64,000 nt of DNA from Octopus vulgaris (GCA_951406725.2 OX597815.1:161138001-161202000), one strand, 5' to 3'. Positions 1 through 15,057 are shown, numbered from the stretch's first letter. The notes: a model not told the origin generated them from the letters alone. Numbers and translations: made by a program.

Positions 1-397
1 AGATTTTTATCACATATTATATTCACATACAATTTATCTATTTCAATACTATTTTGGTGTTCTACTTCCTGAGTATTTTTGAAGAAATAACATTTGAATT
101 AGACCAGACTAAAATTCCAGTTTTTGTTTATTATATTTGGTGTCTCGGTTCATGGACGATAGCCTTACCTTGGTTGTTGGAGTTAAGACAGGGCAATTGA
201 TGGTACTTACAGAAACATGTATTCATGATTGCCCTTTTATCTCCAGGAAAAATGCTTGTACTTTTCATTCTTGGCATTTGAACTTTGGAAAATTCTTGAT
301 TCATGAGATTATATTATCTTCTTCTCAGTCATCATTGGCAATAGGGGTATTCTGTTGAGGTGCAGAAAATGGTTATAAATCTAGAATTTGTGTTTGT

Positions 398-419
398 ATG
401 ATATTTGATATGATTGCAG
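398..419 (+). CDS. Candidate first coding exon (MIFDMIA-) of the PTP gene
   Basis: ATGATATTTGATATGATTGCAG|GTAAGC is a strong phase-1 donor. Splicing to 6852 gives MIFDMIAAVLLIIIFCQTFA|EP. Could be coincidence. Confidence 0.3.
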
Positions 420-444
420 GTAAGCACACTGCCATCAATTCATT

Positions 445-606
445 GTAGGAGAGTTCACCACCATTAATTTACCATGAAGAAAGTTCACCATGAAAAAAGT
501 TTACTAAGAAAATATATCTATAGTATCTCACAATTAACAGGTAAAAACTATTTCACTGAAAAAAGACAAAAAACAATGAATTGGGTGTTGGTGAACTTAC
601 CAGACA
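445..606. mobile_element. Putative degenerate MITE/foldback element
   Basis: Imperfect inverted ends gagagttcaccacc / ggtgttggtgaacttacc with internal aagttcacca repeats. Confidence 0.35.
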
Positions 607-724
607 TGACTTGATATAATTGTATCCATCTATGATGGTGTGTGCGTGTGTGTGTGTGCACGAGCTTCATTAGCTTACAGCTATTTCTTCTCTAAGATGC
701 AGTGCACTCAGAGCTGAGTGCTTA

Positions 725-945
725 CAGCTTCCTTGGAGCTTCTAGAATACATGCATACAGTGACATATAAACAAGCCAGTTATCAAGCTGTAGGAGACAA
801 ACACAAATATAGGTACACAACAGGTTTCTTTCAATTTCCATCTTCCAAATCCACTCACAAGATTTTGTTGGCCATGGGCTATGGTAGAAGACACTTGCCC
901 ATGGTGACACATAATTTGGAAGCAAGCTTCTTATCACACAACCAC
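725..945 (-). mobile_element. SINE family A (tRNA-derived, internal microsatellite), decayed
   Basis: Reverse complement of the family A head (aaatccactcacaag...gtagaagacacttgccc). Confidence 0.65.
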
Positions 946-1009
946 GCGTGTGTGTGTATGTATGTGTGCGTGCGTGCTTGTGTGTGTGTGTGTGTGTGTG
1001 CGTGCGTGC

Positions 1010-1046
<37 letters not shown>

Positions 1047-1066
1047 CTTGCATGCGCACACGCGTG
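946..1066. repeat. (TG)n/(TGCG)n microsatellite
   Basis: Direct reading. Confidence 0.95.
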
Positions 1067-1919
1067 TATTATCATAGCATTTTACTGGTGGGCTTCTATA
1101 CATTTTCTTAATAAACTTTACATAGATTTTTCAAATATTGATTTCTGAAACCAGTACAAGGTCGCTCATTTGGGAACATGGCAACAATTGACTAAAGTGA
1201 CTGTATTACCTGACTGGTATTTATTTCATCAAACTTTAAAGTATGAAAAACAGATTTTATTTCTTCAAGATTTGATCTCAGAACTGTTCTCACAAATATC
1301 TCTAATGCAACCATAGCAATATTTTGTTCAGCTCAGTTTAACATTTATTATGAAGAATATTTCACTGCAACCGAACAATTTCAATGTTTTTTTTGTTGTT
1401 TTTTGAGGGTTTTTTACGTCTTTAGTACGTACACCACCACTCCTTGGCAAAATTTCCATTACTGCTAAGATATTAACAGGTTTCTTAATCTACTGTTGGG
1501 TTTCTGTTTATTTCTCTCTTACATGGTTAACATATACATACCTCTATGAAGAATAAAAGTACACATTATTTCTATCATTCTGGAATGAATAAAAACACCA
1601 GTAAAATCAGAAACTTGCGTGTTTTTGTTGCTTAGTACCATATTTCCTTGTATCAAGGATGCTACTTAGTTTTTTTTTTCTTAACATAAGTCTCAAAAAT
1701 TTACAGTGCATCTCAGCAAAGAAAGGTTACATTTTACATTAAGCAGTTTTAAATGAAGAAGGAAGTTATCTATGTTAAACTTACCATGTCCTTGTGCTTT
1801 AACACTAAAAGGAAAAAGAAATCCAGATAATAAGTAATCAATGAAATCTATGCGTTGCTAAGACATCAAAAAATATTGGTAAAGAATGTAAAAGTGCTAA
1901 TGGCTTGTTTGTGACCTTT

Positions 1920-2312
1920 TTTTTATCTTTTAAATGTTTTGCTCATTAAACTGTGGTCATACTGGGGCACCACTTTGAAGGATTTAGGTCAAACAAATCA
2001 ACCTCAGTATTTGGATTTTAAACCTGGTACTTATTACATTGATTCCTTTTTGCCAAACTGCTAAGTTACGAGAACATAAACTGACCAATACTGATTGTAA
2101 ACTCAAGGCTGGGGGACAAACACAAAAAGACACACATGTAGATATATACATACATATATGATGGAATTCTTCCAGTTTCCATTTACCAAATCCACTCACA
2201 CAGGCTTGGGTTTGCCTAGGTTCTAGTAGATGACACTTGCCCAAAATGATGTGCAGAGGGACAGAACCCAAGACTACATGGTTTGAAAGCAAGTTTCTTA
2301 ACTACACAGCCA
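1920..2312 (-). mobile_element. SINE family A, near full length
   Basis: Colinear with the reverse complement of 47595-48027. Confidence 0.8.
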
Positions 2313-2599
2313 TATGAATATTTATGTATGTGTGTCTGTGCAGGCATCTAAGAGCAAAAGGAAGTTCATGTGACAAATACCTTGTAGTATTAAGTTATGG
2401 CTGCTTCCAATTATAACTAGTTGATTTCATGTGTTGTCTTCCTCCAAGATTGGTAAAATAACTACAGAACTGTGCTGGTGTTCATAATCAACTAAACTCT
2501 TTGAGGTCATTTCCCAAACACCACTGTAGTCCAATAAATAACAGGAGAAAGAAGAACGGAAAGAAAACTAAAAAAAAAGAATATTTTATGAGATTGATT

Positions 2600-3400
2600 T
2601 TATATGGAATTTTGTATGAGAGATATGGAGGTATTAGGTAAGATTTATTTAGTCTATGATGAACTTGATATATTTATAGATAAATGCTATGTTTTATGTA
2701 TATTTCATAAATTCTGTTAGTGATCATGTTTTTCTGTAGTCTGAGCTGTATGAATAATATTAAGTCATTGTATATCCTACCTAGTATTTTAGTATCTTAG
2801 GAGTGTCATTATTTGAATATCATTAAAGCATGTTTCGTTGTCCTGTTCATGAAGTGTCGTGCTGTGATTTATTTGCTGTAATGTAATCAGTGGAATATCT
2901 TGAGACCAGAGTTCCATCTTGTTTTATGTATGATTGGAATTTGTATGCAGCTGATTCTGGTGTCTTGAGAGTGGATGTGATTTAAATGTCATCTGCATAG
3001 AGTGGTCCAAGTACGTAAGAAAGTTGTCACAAAGTAGAAACACTGATACGCTACATAAGTAAAAGCTGAAGGAGAAGAGAAATAAAAACAGAGATTCTTA
3101 CTAGACACTGATCCATGATTTCTTAGCTTTAACGAATACTTTATCTTGAAATTGAGAAAAGTGGTTAGCAGGATATCTTCTGGTGGCATTCCATATGATA
3201 TGTTGAGTATGTTTCAGATAATTGGAATGCAAGTAATAGAATCAAATGCCATCTTAAGGTGCAAAGAAGAATGTTTTTGTTGGTTTTGTTAAGAATACAT
3301 CATTCTATGATTTTGAAGAAAAGCACAAATTGGATTTTGCTAAGTTTTCGATGCTATAATATCGCTTCATTCTTGGAATTTATTTGTTAGTAAGAAAACT
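2600..3400 (-). mobile_element. Decayed non-LTR retrotransposon reverse transcriptase fragment
   Basis: Minus strand encodes LKMAFDSI (~3235-3258) and LYADDI (~2985-3002) RT motifs amid stops and frameshifts. Confidence 0.6.
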
Positions 3401-3797
3401 TGTTAGGATTTCTTATGCTTTATCCACTTTACCTGTTATGACCTAACATTACAAATTTTGAGAGATAGGCATTGTTGATTATACAGTACAATTCAAAAGT
3501 CTCTCTAAGTGGGGTGAGTTAACTTCAATATACATCTCATTTCCCTCTCATCCTTTCTATCTCTACCCTTCCTTCACTTCTTATTTCCATGCCACAGTCT
3601 TCATGAACCTTTCCACCACATTCATTGTTGACTACCATGGATTAAGGATTTCAGGATAGCTTGGCCTACAGTCTTGCTCTTCATACTGCTAACTTCCTGG
3701 GACATTCCAGACTGTTTAACTACTTATGCCAGGATTAGCATTATGCCATTTTTTCTATAATGAATATTCTTTCATCTTTTGATAATGACAATTTTCT

Positions 3798-3808
3798 AAC
3801 ACACACAT

Positions 3809-3861
<53 letters not shown>

Positions 3862-4072
3862 TACACATGCATACATACATACACACATGGAAACATGCAT
3901 ACAGAAGTACACACGTACACACAAACACACACACACATAAAGACACACTGAGACACAGACACACACTCACACACACATATACACAAACATAGCCACACAC
4001 CCTCGTACACACATGCCCTCCCATACATACATGGACATGTGCACGCATACATATGCTCATGCTCACACACAG
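3798..4072. repeat. (CA)n-rich compound microsatellite
   Basis: Direct reading. Confidence 0.95.
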
Positions 4073-4641
4073 ATAGATATCAATTTATTCAACATTTATC
4101 AAACAAAGATGGTTTAACTGTCTTTGAGAGAAATGTTATATGGATGAACATGTGTGTTTGCGAAGAAAACTAAGAGAAAACCAAAACTGCTATCTTATGT
4201 ATAAGAAAAATGTCGTAGTATTTAAAAAACACACATGTACATATGGATGCACACACTTATGTATAAACACACACACACACACATGCAGACATACACGCAC
4301 TCACATACTCATCTCAGACAGATCTCGGATGAATCCCAATGCTAGAACATAAGTTGAAAAGAAATGGAAGTAGAGAGACGTGTCACTGAAAAGATTGCAA
4401 CAATGCAATGAAATAATTATTTGACAAAAAAAGAAACGACAACACTAACAATACTGAACATTTGAACAATTAACTGTTTGACCAAAGTGTTTAACATGTG
4501 AGTTTGAAAAACTAGTAAAAAATTATTGATCGATAACTTAATTAACATAGTAACTAATCCATTAATTAACAATAACAACAAAGGACTGAACCAGTGTGTG
4601 TGTTTATATTATCAGCATAAAACCCCTCCCAAGATTCAATA

Positions 4642-4679
<38 letters not shown>

Positions 4680-6851
4680 CAAAATTGATCACAAGAAAAT
4701 AGCAAAGATAGTATTGAGAATACATAAAAACAAAAAACTGTAAGATATAAATTTTATATATTATTTAGATGCCAGAGATTTCTGAATCATGCTGAATATT
4801 GATTTCATTATTTCAATGTTACATATTTTACTGACCTCTAGAGAGGCAAAAGGAAAATCAGCCTTGACAAGATTTGAACTTAGAATTTTAAAAGATGAAG
4901 CTACCACTATTTCATTAAGCTAACGAGGGAACTTTTTCATAGATGTCCTCTAAAAATAGTCACCAAAGAGGGTGAAATGTAAAGTTGACTTTAAAAGTGT
5001 TTGAACTCAGAATGCAGAGATTCAAAATAAACACTGAGGCATTCTACCAAATGCTTTAATGGCCTTGCTAAATTATTGCCAGTTAGCTAATGCTAACCAA
5101 CCAATATTTCACTGAGATTTTATAAAGTTGTTATTGGTTAGTGAGAGTAGAAAGGGTAATACCCATGTGTCATCTAACAGAACCTCCAAGTGTAGAGGAG
5201 CAAAACAATATAAAACCATGGTTTATAGATTAGCATTTGGACAAAGAATTTACCTGATTACTTGTAATAGAGTAGACTCCACTAACAGCACCCATGAATT
5301 AAGGTGGTGGTGTTAAACCAGGTAATAAATTAGATTTAACACCTTTGTACAGCTACACCTCATCTAGCAGACTTGACCATTTTCTTTCTACCAAATTTCT
5401 CTCACAAAACTTTAGTTGATCCAAGGCTATGATAGAAACATTTCTCCAAGACACTGTTCTGTGAGATTGAACCCAGAAACACATCATTGCCCAGTGAACT
5501 TCTAAACCATATGGCCAGTAGGTAGATTATTTTTTAATAAATTTTCGTAGGTTTCTCCTATTTCAAGCATTATATAATCTGAGCCAACTGGGAGTATTTA
5601 ACAATAATAACATTCTGAAATTTTTATGCCTTTATAACAGCTTTCCATTATATTTCCTGTCGTTTTTGTTAATTCTGTTATTCTTGTCATATTTTTCCCT
5701 TTAAGGTTCTTAAAGCTATATTTAATTGTCTCTGACACTGAACAATCTCTTTCTTGGCATGTCTTCCTACATAAATTTTATCTCCCTTTCACATTCTCAA
5801 TAATAAAAATTTTTTACATCATTTCTAATCATTCCACTCAAAAGCAACTTATAGAAACAACATATTTTTATTTTTCACTAATTCCAAACCATGAGTAAAC
5901 ATGGCAAACAATGTTTTCAGAAGTGTTAAGTAGAAGTCAGATGAAACATTTTCTTCCAATTACATTCATTACCAGGCTGATACTTCAAATTCCCTTGAGA
6001 TTCTAAGTATGAATTGGTAATTTGGTTTACCTACTTTCTAAAATGGAGAACAACAATTAAAAGTATTTACAAGTGAAATAAATACATCAGGCACTATTCA
6101 ATCATTTTCTATTCAAATAAATGAGGCATGTTTAGCACATTTATAAAACTAACTCTGAAGAACATACATACATGATGTTTTTTGGTATGACTCTTGTGAT
6201 TTGAAAAGATTTACGGTGATAATTTTGCATTTTCATTTGTAGTTTTGTCTCTGAAATGAAGATGAAGTTTAGAAGAAATTATAAAACATGACATCAAATT
6301 ACTATTAAAACTGACATGAAAATAACAAATTATAGAAAAGATTATACATAATTAAGATTATATTTCAAATTATTAAAATTATATTTGTATCCATGACCTA
6401 ATATACAAGAAAATTATTTCCTTCATTTTATAGATAAAGTTTCCTAGTCTGTATCTAGTTCAAGACTGTGTATATATATCCAGGAATGAGATCAAACCAA
6501 TTGAACATACTATAGATAAAAAAAGCATTGTAAATATAGACTGCAACAAGGTTAAGTGTTAAGAGAATTGTAATCTTATAAACATCAACACATCTTAGAC
6601 ATTTGATCTTAAATAAGCTTTAAGAATAAACTATATTTTCAATATATCAGATGGTTTATGAGACTGGCATATGTCTAAAATTGGATGCACTATATTTTGT
6701 TTCTATCAATACTGTAAAATAACATCATAATATTTGTATTTTCATTTGGTTTTTATTTTCCTCATTGTTACAAACATTTTGTTATAACTGCCATCACTTG
6801 TTATAATTCATAATTTATATAATTATACTTATTCATTTTCTTTCTTTACAG

Positions 6852-9022
6852 CTGTCCTTTTGATAATAATATTTTGTCAAACATTTGCTGAGCCAATGGT
6901 GAAGCCACTATCCTTAGGCTTCCTTGTCCAACGAAGGAATAACTCCATACCAAGTCATCCTACAGACTATCCTTTCTCACAAGGTAGCAGAAATGGTCAA
7001 CTCATGAAAGATACAGTGTCATTAAAGCCTCACAAGCTCGATTCCAAAAAAACAACAAACAGCCTTAATATGACACAATTTAAAAAATTTAGTCAATGGT
7101 CAAACAATATTAATTCAAGCAAAACAAATCCAGGAACTACAACACAATCTTCTTATGTAAAAAACCATCATCTCCAGGATACAGTGAAAGATAAACAAGA
7201 AAAATCACAACACCAAACTGTTTCAAAAGATTTTAATTATGTCCATACAACAGTGCATTCTGTTCCACCGAGATTGAAAAATTCTAGCACAAAAACTGTA
7301 GACTTTTCAAGTTACCAGCAGCAAACAACTAAAGATAAACAATTGAAGGAAAACACTAATATTATACTTACAAAACCAACAAGACATACACATGTGAATG
7401 GAACTCATCTCAGTAGCAATCAAAACATCCCCACCACATTGATGTCCATTAAAAATAACAAATTCCGGCCAAAAATTTCTAAATTATCAAACATATCAAA
7501 AACATCATGGGAAAACACTTCACAAAATATTCCCCCTTCAGCTAAAAATGTAATTAATGTTTCTAAGAAGTCATCTCCTACCAAAAAGTTACTAAAAACA
7601 GTTACTTCCCCTTTAGTACATTCATCTACAGTCTGCTTGCACTGTTTATCTGAACAAGATACTACTCATGTTCATAAAACTAGTAGAAGTGTATATACTG
7701 ACAAAGACCGCTTGGCAACCCATTTGAAAAACTCTAAACTACTACCGTCAAGTGTATTAGCAAAGGCTAAATTTTCAACAATAGACAAAAAGAAAGAAAG
7801 CTCTAAATTTCCTTATAGCAAAACAACAATAGCAGGAATCCCTAGCAAATTGTTGACTCATAACGCCAAACTCCAATCAACTTTCCTTCCAATCAAAAAT
7901 TCAGATCAACCTAAGCATGTTTCCACATTTTTGTCTTCATCAATTCCATCCTTCCATTCTACACATTTTACATTTTTAAAAACTCAACCTACACCAAAAC
8001 CCCAACCAACAACCACAAGTAAAAACATAAAAACCACCCATAATTTTAAAGGTAACTTGACTCATGATTCATTAGCAATGACAAGTATTAGCCCGACATC
8101 AAAGGGGGTTGATACTTCAGTGACAAATAAAGCAAAAATACAAACTACTAAGGGTGTTGTTACGCACCCAAAATCAACAGTTAGTTCAATAACAAAACCC
8201 TACACAACAACAATTCTAATGTCTAGCATACTTTCAAAAACAAACAGTGTGCCCAAATATACTAAGGGCTCCAGTACTACCACTTTCACTCCCACTTCAT
8301 CTGCAATAACTCCTACAACTAGAAAAATTATTACTTCTGCTTCTAGTACCACTGACTTTAATACATCACATGGTACAGCTTCTGTTCCTGCTAAGGCCAC
8401 TGCTAAAGCTACAAAAACTGTAAGCACGGTAGCAAAAGCAATAACTTCAACTACTACTGTTACAACTACTACTACTATTACTACTGCTACTTCTACTACT
8501 ACAACTACTACTAGTAAACCAACCTCTTTTAAACCCACAACTACATTTGTTGCATCATCAACTTCCCCGCCTCTTCCATTACCAGACACAACGACATTTC
8601 CATTCACATCAACTGGAAAGAGACTGGGAACAACACAAATCCCAGTTTTGATCTTAAGCACAGTTTTGGTGCCATTCACCACAAGGAAACCTCATATACC
8701 ATCATACATCATAGTTCGTGTAACTACCTCTTGGTACCAGTTCTGCCAAAACAAATCTGACTTTTGTCAAGAAATATCACAAATCTTAGAAAAAGCTCTC
8801 AAGACTCCTTTTAATTCCAGTCATATCTCTTTTATCAATGCCGAATTCTCCAAATGCCTGGATCTTACTTCTGCTCAAAATATGAACGATGACAGAGTCA
8901 TTGATATCAAATTGTATATATTAAACTCTAGAGGGGAGTATGACCAAAGTCTCACAGAAAAAAGCTGGAATTTCATTTCTTTAAACTTTGGTAAAAACCC
9001 AAATTCACGGTTTTTTGGTATG
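6852..9022 (+). CDS. Receptor-type PTP, large ectodomain exon (end of signal peptide, Ser/Thr/Lys-rich mucin-like region, membrane-proximal Cys-containing globular domain, possibly SEA-like)
   Basis: Acceptor tttctttacag ends at 6851 (phase 1). The frame is open for 2171 nt and starts xVLLIIIFCQTFA|EP. Thr runs lie at ~8400-8600 and a globular segment YIIVRVTTSWYQFCQ...FFGM follows. The donor ATG|gtaaga at 9023 is phase 0 and matches the next exon. Confidence 0.9.
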
Positions 9023-9061
9023 GTAAGAATCTTATTTTACTATTTGTTTTTTCTTGAATAC

Positions 9062-9257
<196 letters not shown>

Positions 9258-9962
9258 GAATCATCTTAACATGTTGAACCATTGAACTCTGCACATTTTT
9301 TCTCTTTTTTTTTCCTTTTCTCTCCATTTTTTCCTCTTAATCCTTTCTGTTGAAGAGGGTAGGTTCAAAACATAAGAAACTTTTCCATTTTCCCCCGAGT
9401 GTTAAAGTAATACATCTGCTTGTTATTCCTACACCTGTCTCTTCATCTTTTATTCTCTCTAAATTTGAAATATATATGTGTGGTGGCAGTGGGAGTTCAA
9501 ACAGATTTTTAGTGGTGGTACAAAAATGGTGAGAAAATTTAATTTGAAATCAGGCATTAAAAGATAATCTTTCTGATACTAGTGGAAATGAAAGATTTAT
9601 TGTCAACCTAAACTACTTTACTTGCCAATCTAACAGAGTTTTAAAGGTGCAGTTTTTTTGTTTTTTTGTAATATTTAGCTTAAAAACCAAAATAACACTA
9701 TCATAGATAATGGATGAAAGGCTTACTCAATAACAGTTAAAATATTTTTATATCATTTTTCACCTTCAAAAGACAATTTCAAATCCTGTAATTTCATATC
9801 ATGCAATGCCAGCAATCAGTCTCTCAGAGCAAAGGATTGTGTTTATACAACTTATATTTAATTGCATTTGAAATCAGTCTTTGTTGTTACACAATGAATT
9901 CAGAATATAGAATAAAATATTAGGAAATTATTTATATTTAATAGTATTTATTTTATTTACAG

Positions 9963-10177
9963 TATGGCAAGCTGGCAGAATCATTAGCCTGCTGGGCTAA
10001 ATGCTTAGAAAGCCTGTCATCTGTCTTTACGTTCTGAGTTCAAAATCAACTGAGGTCAACTTTGCCTTTAATCCTTTCGGGGTTAATAAAATAAGTACCA
10101 GTTGTGCACTGGGGTCAATATAATTTACTTATCCTTCCCTCAAAATTGCTTGCCTTGTGTCAGAATTTGAAACCAAA
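9963..10177 (+). mobile_element. SINE family B (aaggcggcgagctggcagaa head)
   Basis: gctggcagaatc...gttctgagttcaa (B box)...gcctttaatcctttcggggttaataaaataagtaccag. Confidence 0.8.
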
Positions 10178-10799
10178 GTTTATTTCATTTGATTATATTT
10201 ATTAATTTACCGTTCTCATCATCTTCCTAACAACCAACATTTTTGACATTTCTGTATTTGAGAAAACAGCAATTAACCATATTTTCATAGTCATCCTCAC
10301 GCTTTGCATCCTTTTCTGTGTTTGGGAGATGAAAGATAAATTTTGTCCCTTTGTAGTACTTAATAAACAGAGTTTCTCTTTGTATGTATTCACAATGTAA
10401 AGAACTGTCAATATACCAACTTCATTACTGTTATATGTTTTCCTCTGTTCTGATCCAGTGTTTAGTATCAGAAACAGCATCCAAAAGCTGATGTAGCTTT
10501 ACCATACATGATTTTGTGATGCACATGGACACACCATCAGGGATGTTTCCTAGAATCAATAAATGTTTTGAGTCTTTCAATGTCAGACACCCTCACCAAA
10601 GTGACCCATCGAGGGTTGACCAAGCTCTAACTTGTGTCTAGTTGGCACTTACCCTAATTGCACTTCTCCTTCTCGGGCTCACACCTCTTAATTCATAGCC
10701 ACCTTAAGACATCTGCTGCCTCATCAGTCAAACTGATGGCATTCTGCCCACTGGCTCTGATAATGCCTCGTTAGCTTGAGGCCACTTTAAAAAAAAAAT

Positions 10800-11325
10800 G
10801 ATAATGAAATTATTGTATACAGTGCTCAGGTGCACCACAACTTAACAAAAGTGCATATAAAGCATGTGCATTAATGTACAAATGTCTGGGAAGTGAACAG
10901 TGTATGAGTCAGATACATGCTTGCGTGTGTATGGAGGGGAGAAAATCAGGTGTAGTGTTGGCGGATCTCAGGAAGCATGGAAGTTTTGAAGGATGCAGTG
11001 CTCTGACAACTAACAACTGATGCCGGCAGTTTGTTCCATGCTTCAGCAACTCTTTGCGTGAAAAAATGTTTCCAAAAGTCATGGGAGCTGTGCTGTTTTC
11101 TGACTTTGTAAACATGTCCATAGGTGTTAGACAGATGGAGTTTGAAAAGGTGCTCAGGGTTATTGTTTGTAAGATGGATAATAATTTTATGGGTGTCTGC
11201 CAAGTCAGCTGCCATACGTCAGAGTTTCAATGTATCCATGCCCAGAGAAGTAACAACGCTCAATTATCCTGCTTGGGTCAGTTGTTTGCAACACCTGAGG
11301 TTATGGGAACTATGCATTAACACTG
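10800..11325 (-). mobile_element. CR1/L2-group LINE 3' end, decayed
   Basis: ORF 10946-11215 reads GHVYKVRKQ..KHFFTQRVAEAWNKLPASVV...SFK, the typical C-terminus of a CR1-group ORF2. Confidence 0.8.
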
Positions 11326-12944
11326 GCCCTACCTCTTTATCTCACCAGGGTCAGTTCCTTTGCATATAAAACAATGACACTGCTTTTTGCTTTACTTTGT
11401 ACCAATCTATATAGTCCAAGTACCTGGAACAAACCTAAATAAAGTATAGCCAATTAAATCAAACTCTGTATATAAACTGACATTTATTTTATTAATGATG
11501 GAAGTATTAAACACAAATCCAAAACAAAATTAAAGAACCGTGATAATCTTCATTGAATCAAGTATTAAAATAAAATAATTTAAAGTAGTCTTCTACTTAT
11601 TATCTACTCCCAAATTACTGCTGTAGAGCTGTTGTTCTTATCTTGCATAATTTTAGCTGGCACAATAAAATACAAATATTGAAGTTTGAGCATGGTTTGA
11701 GAAATGGAAAATTTTCAATTGTTTGAGAAATAGAAAATTATTAATTGTTTTAATAATATGTAAAGTTCTTTTGTTTGGTGAAGTTTGAAGAATATAATAA
11801 CTTATTTCATTATCAAATTTTACTAATTGAATCTAAGAGAGATAAAGTTGAAATTTAATATTGACTTGGTCAGCTAAATTTCTCTCTTGAAGCCTAACCA
11901 AAGTTTCTAATGGTTTATTTGTTTATTTTATTTAACTCATAAAATTCATGAGAAATTTTCCTTACATTGTATAAAATGAATGGAAATCTTTAAGTTAGGA
12001 ACCATGTAATTCAAACAGAATCCTTGGCAATCTGAAATGTAATAAATCACCTAATTCTAAAAGTGCCTCAAACTGTTTCATACAAAGCCATAAAACAATC
12101 TGTCTCTTGCATGTTATATTGTATTGGAATCAAATGACTGCTTATCTAATTAATATCAGATGAATTGACATTTAATGTGCTGAAATATATTCTCTTTATG
12201 CCTTTCACTTTCTGCACATGATTTTCTACCCCTACTCCTTCATTCTAGTGGTAAATCTCCAAGAGTCCATCATGATATCTCCCCGTAACACCCACCATAA
12301 TCGGTATTCGAAGGTCACTTGTAATTTACACAGGTCATTAGTCTGAAGTTAATCGTTGAGAAGATTATAGTTTAACCATTGAAGAAATCGGTTTTGTTCC
12401 ACTAGTTGAGAGAAGAACCAACGTATCAAGTTACATAAACATACAAGTAGGCACATTACATGCTCCTCTGATATAGTTTAATGCATTCACATGTTGCATA
12501 ATCTGTTACAGCTATAAACTTTACTTGATTATTACACATGCATTCACATTATGCATGCATACTGAATATGTATACATAAATATTGCACAAATGCTCATTT
12601 AATAACCATTTCCAATGCACATACACACTCACACATATGCACATATATATAAGCAGAAAATCCTTACCAGCACATTTATACATTTATATCAACAGCAGTA
12701 TATAGTAAGTTACAAAAATAAAAGGAAAAGTTATAATGAAAAATTACAATAGTTGTATCCTACTGCCTGTTGTAGAAAACACACTTGTGAGATTTATATG
12801 GAAGAGCGTAGGCTTGAAACGTTAAAGACTTTTTCACTTCTTGAGCATTATACTAATACATCTGTTTGTTGTCTACACCACCTGTCTTCGTCTTTTGTTG
12901 TTGTTTTTTGTGAGTTCCCCCCTATACAATAATATATATTTATA

Positions 12945-13097
12945 CAGCAGGGTTCACCACTACCCCCTGCTGGAGCCTCGTGGAGCTTTAGATGTTTTTG
13001 CTCAATAAAAAACTCACAATGCCCGGTCTAGGAATCAAAATCGCAATCCTACGACCGCAAGTCCGCTGCCCTAACCACTGGGCCATTGCACCTCCAC
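12945..13097 (-). mobile_element. SINE family C (ggaggcgcaatggcccagtggttaggg tRNA head), 5' part
   Basis: Reverse complement of the head seen at 21656, 29935 and 55988. Confidence 0.8.
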
Positions 13098-13245
13098 TAT
13101 ATACACACACTATATATATATATGTATATATATATACCTGGTATTGTATGAGTTGATGTACCTTGAATTTTATGAATCCTTATAACAAAATGGTGTGTGT
13201 ATGTGTCTGTGTCTGTGTGCATACACACGCACATACATATCTAGA

Positions 13246-13327
13246 AATACATACATACATACATACATACATACATACATACATACATACATACATACAT
13301 ACATACATACATACATACATACATACA
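13246..13327. repeat. (TACA)n microsatellite
   Basis: Direct reading. Confidence 0.95.
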
Positions 13328-13910
13328 TGCGTACACTCATATCTCTAATGCTGTTTATACTTACAGCTACAATTATTACTTTTCATATACCCTCATATTC
13401 ATGTTTGCTAATACTTATCTATTCTTATATGCATAACTCTTAATATTTAGATATACTTTTTCTCATATATGCGATTGCCAGCATTAGAATGTCTGCTAAA
13501 AGAAGATAGAAATAAGCTTCAACTATTTCAAAATTCTTTAGAATTAAATCTGTTTTTTCATTCACCTGTCTCCAATATTATTAAATAATTTTGAAATCTT
13601 ATGTAATTCCATATCCTGATAGAAATAAATGCAAATATAATACATTCTGGCTGTTTGTAAAGAAAATTGACAGCTTTGCATCATTATGATTTAATAACTT
13701 TAATATTCAGTGTAGTGATACTTGACAGATATATTAAATTTAATTTCATAAATTTTTCCACCATGAAAAAAATTCTGGTATTACTGCATGTTTAAGAAGT
13801 TCATTTTAAATCTGACCATGTGGAATCTTGGGCAAGTGTCATATACTATAGACCATTGCATCATGTATGAATTTGGTTGATGGTAACTGTAAAAGCTCAT
13901 TGTGTAGGTA

Positions 13911-14200
<290 letters not shown>

Positions 14201-14832
14201 TGTAACAAAACAGGAAAGTAGAAACATTTTAGTATTATCTATTCTTCATTACATGTGTTACATTTGCTAATAGGAACTACAAATATCTACATGTTAGATA
14301 GACATGTAACGAATCTCCTATTAGAAATTTGTCAGACAAAGAAATAAAATATGTATGTATGCATGCAGATTTATATGTTTTATTTCATGTATGTCTTCTC
14401 ATGCATATACTTGCATATCTAGATATGCTTATACATATTTAAATGATTAACTTCCAGAAAGTTTTACAGATTTTTACAGTACCAGTGATGGCTTGAATCT
14501 ATAGTTTTTAAATCAGATTTCTTCTTTCTGGTTTTGTTTATTTGTATGTATGTATAAATGTAATGCATTTATGTATGTTTGTGTGTGTGTGTGTGTGTGC
14601 GCACGCGCGCGTGTGTGTGTGTGTGTGTGCTTGTATGTGTGTGCTGTCTGTCTTTGTGCAGTGTACCTCTCACCACTTGACAACCAATGTTGGTTTCTTT
14701 ATATCACTGTAATTGTGCAGTTCAGCAAAATGAGATTGAAATAAAAACAGTACCAGGTATAAAAAGGATATTGGGAATGATTTAATCAGCTAACTCCTTT
14801 GGGTGCCCCAGTATAATTACATTCCAGTGACA

Positions 14833-15057
14833 TAAACCATCAGCATTTAAATTGGCTGTATCTGGCCCAGATATTTTACCTGTTTTTTGTTCAAACTGGC
14901 CAGATTCAGCTTCTCACACCAGCCCTTTAATGATATTCTAAAAATAAACAATCACATCATTGAAGTTTTGAAGCTACATGACAATGAATGATAGATTTAA
15001 AACAAAGTGAATATATAAGCATCACATTTGACAGAATAATCTGAATAAACAGGTAAA
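14833..15057 (-). mobile_element. piggyBac-type MITE (same family as 20041-20485), decayed
   Basis: Reverse-complement similarity (catttgacagaataatct, atctggccca). Confidence 0.6.

Noticed and set aside
1-360. ORF 137..358 or a LINE remnant
   Set aside because: No recognisable motif or splice context.
8200-8682. 160 aa Val-rich minus-strand ORF
   Set aside because: Antisense shadow of Thr codons (ACN) in the mucin-like exon.
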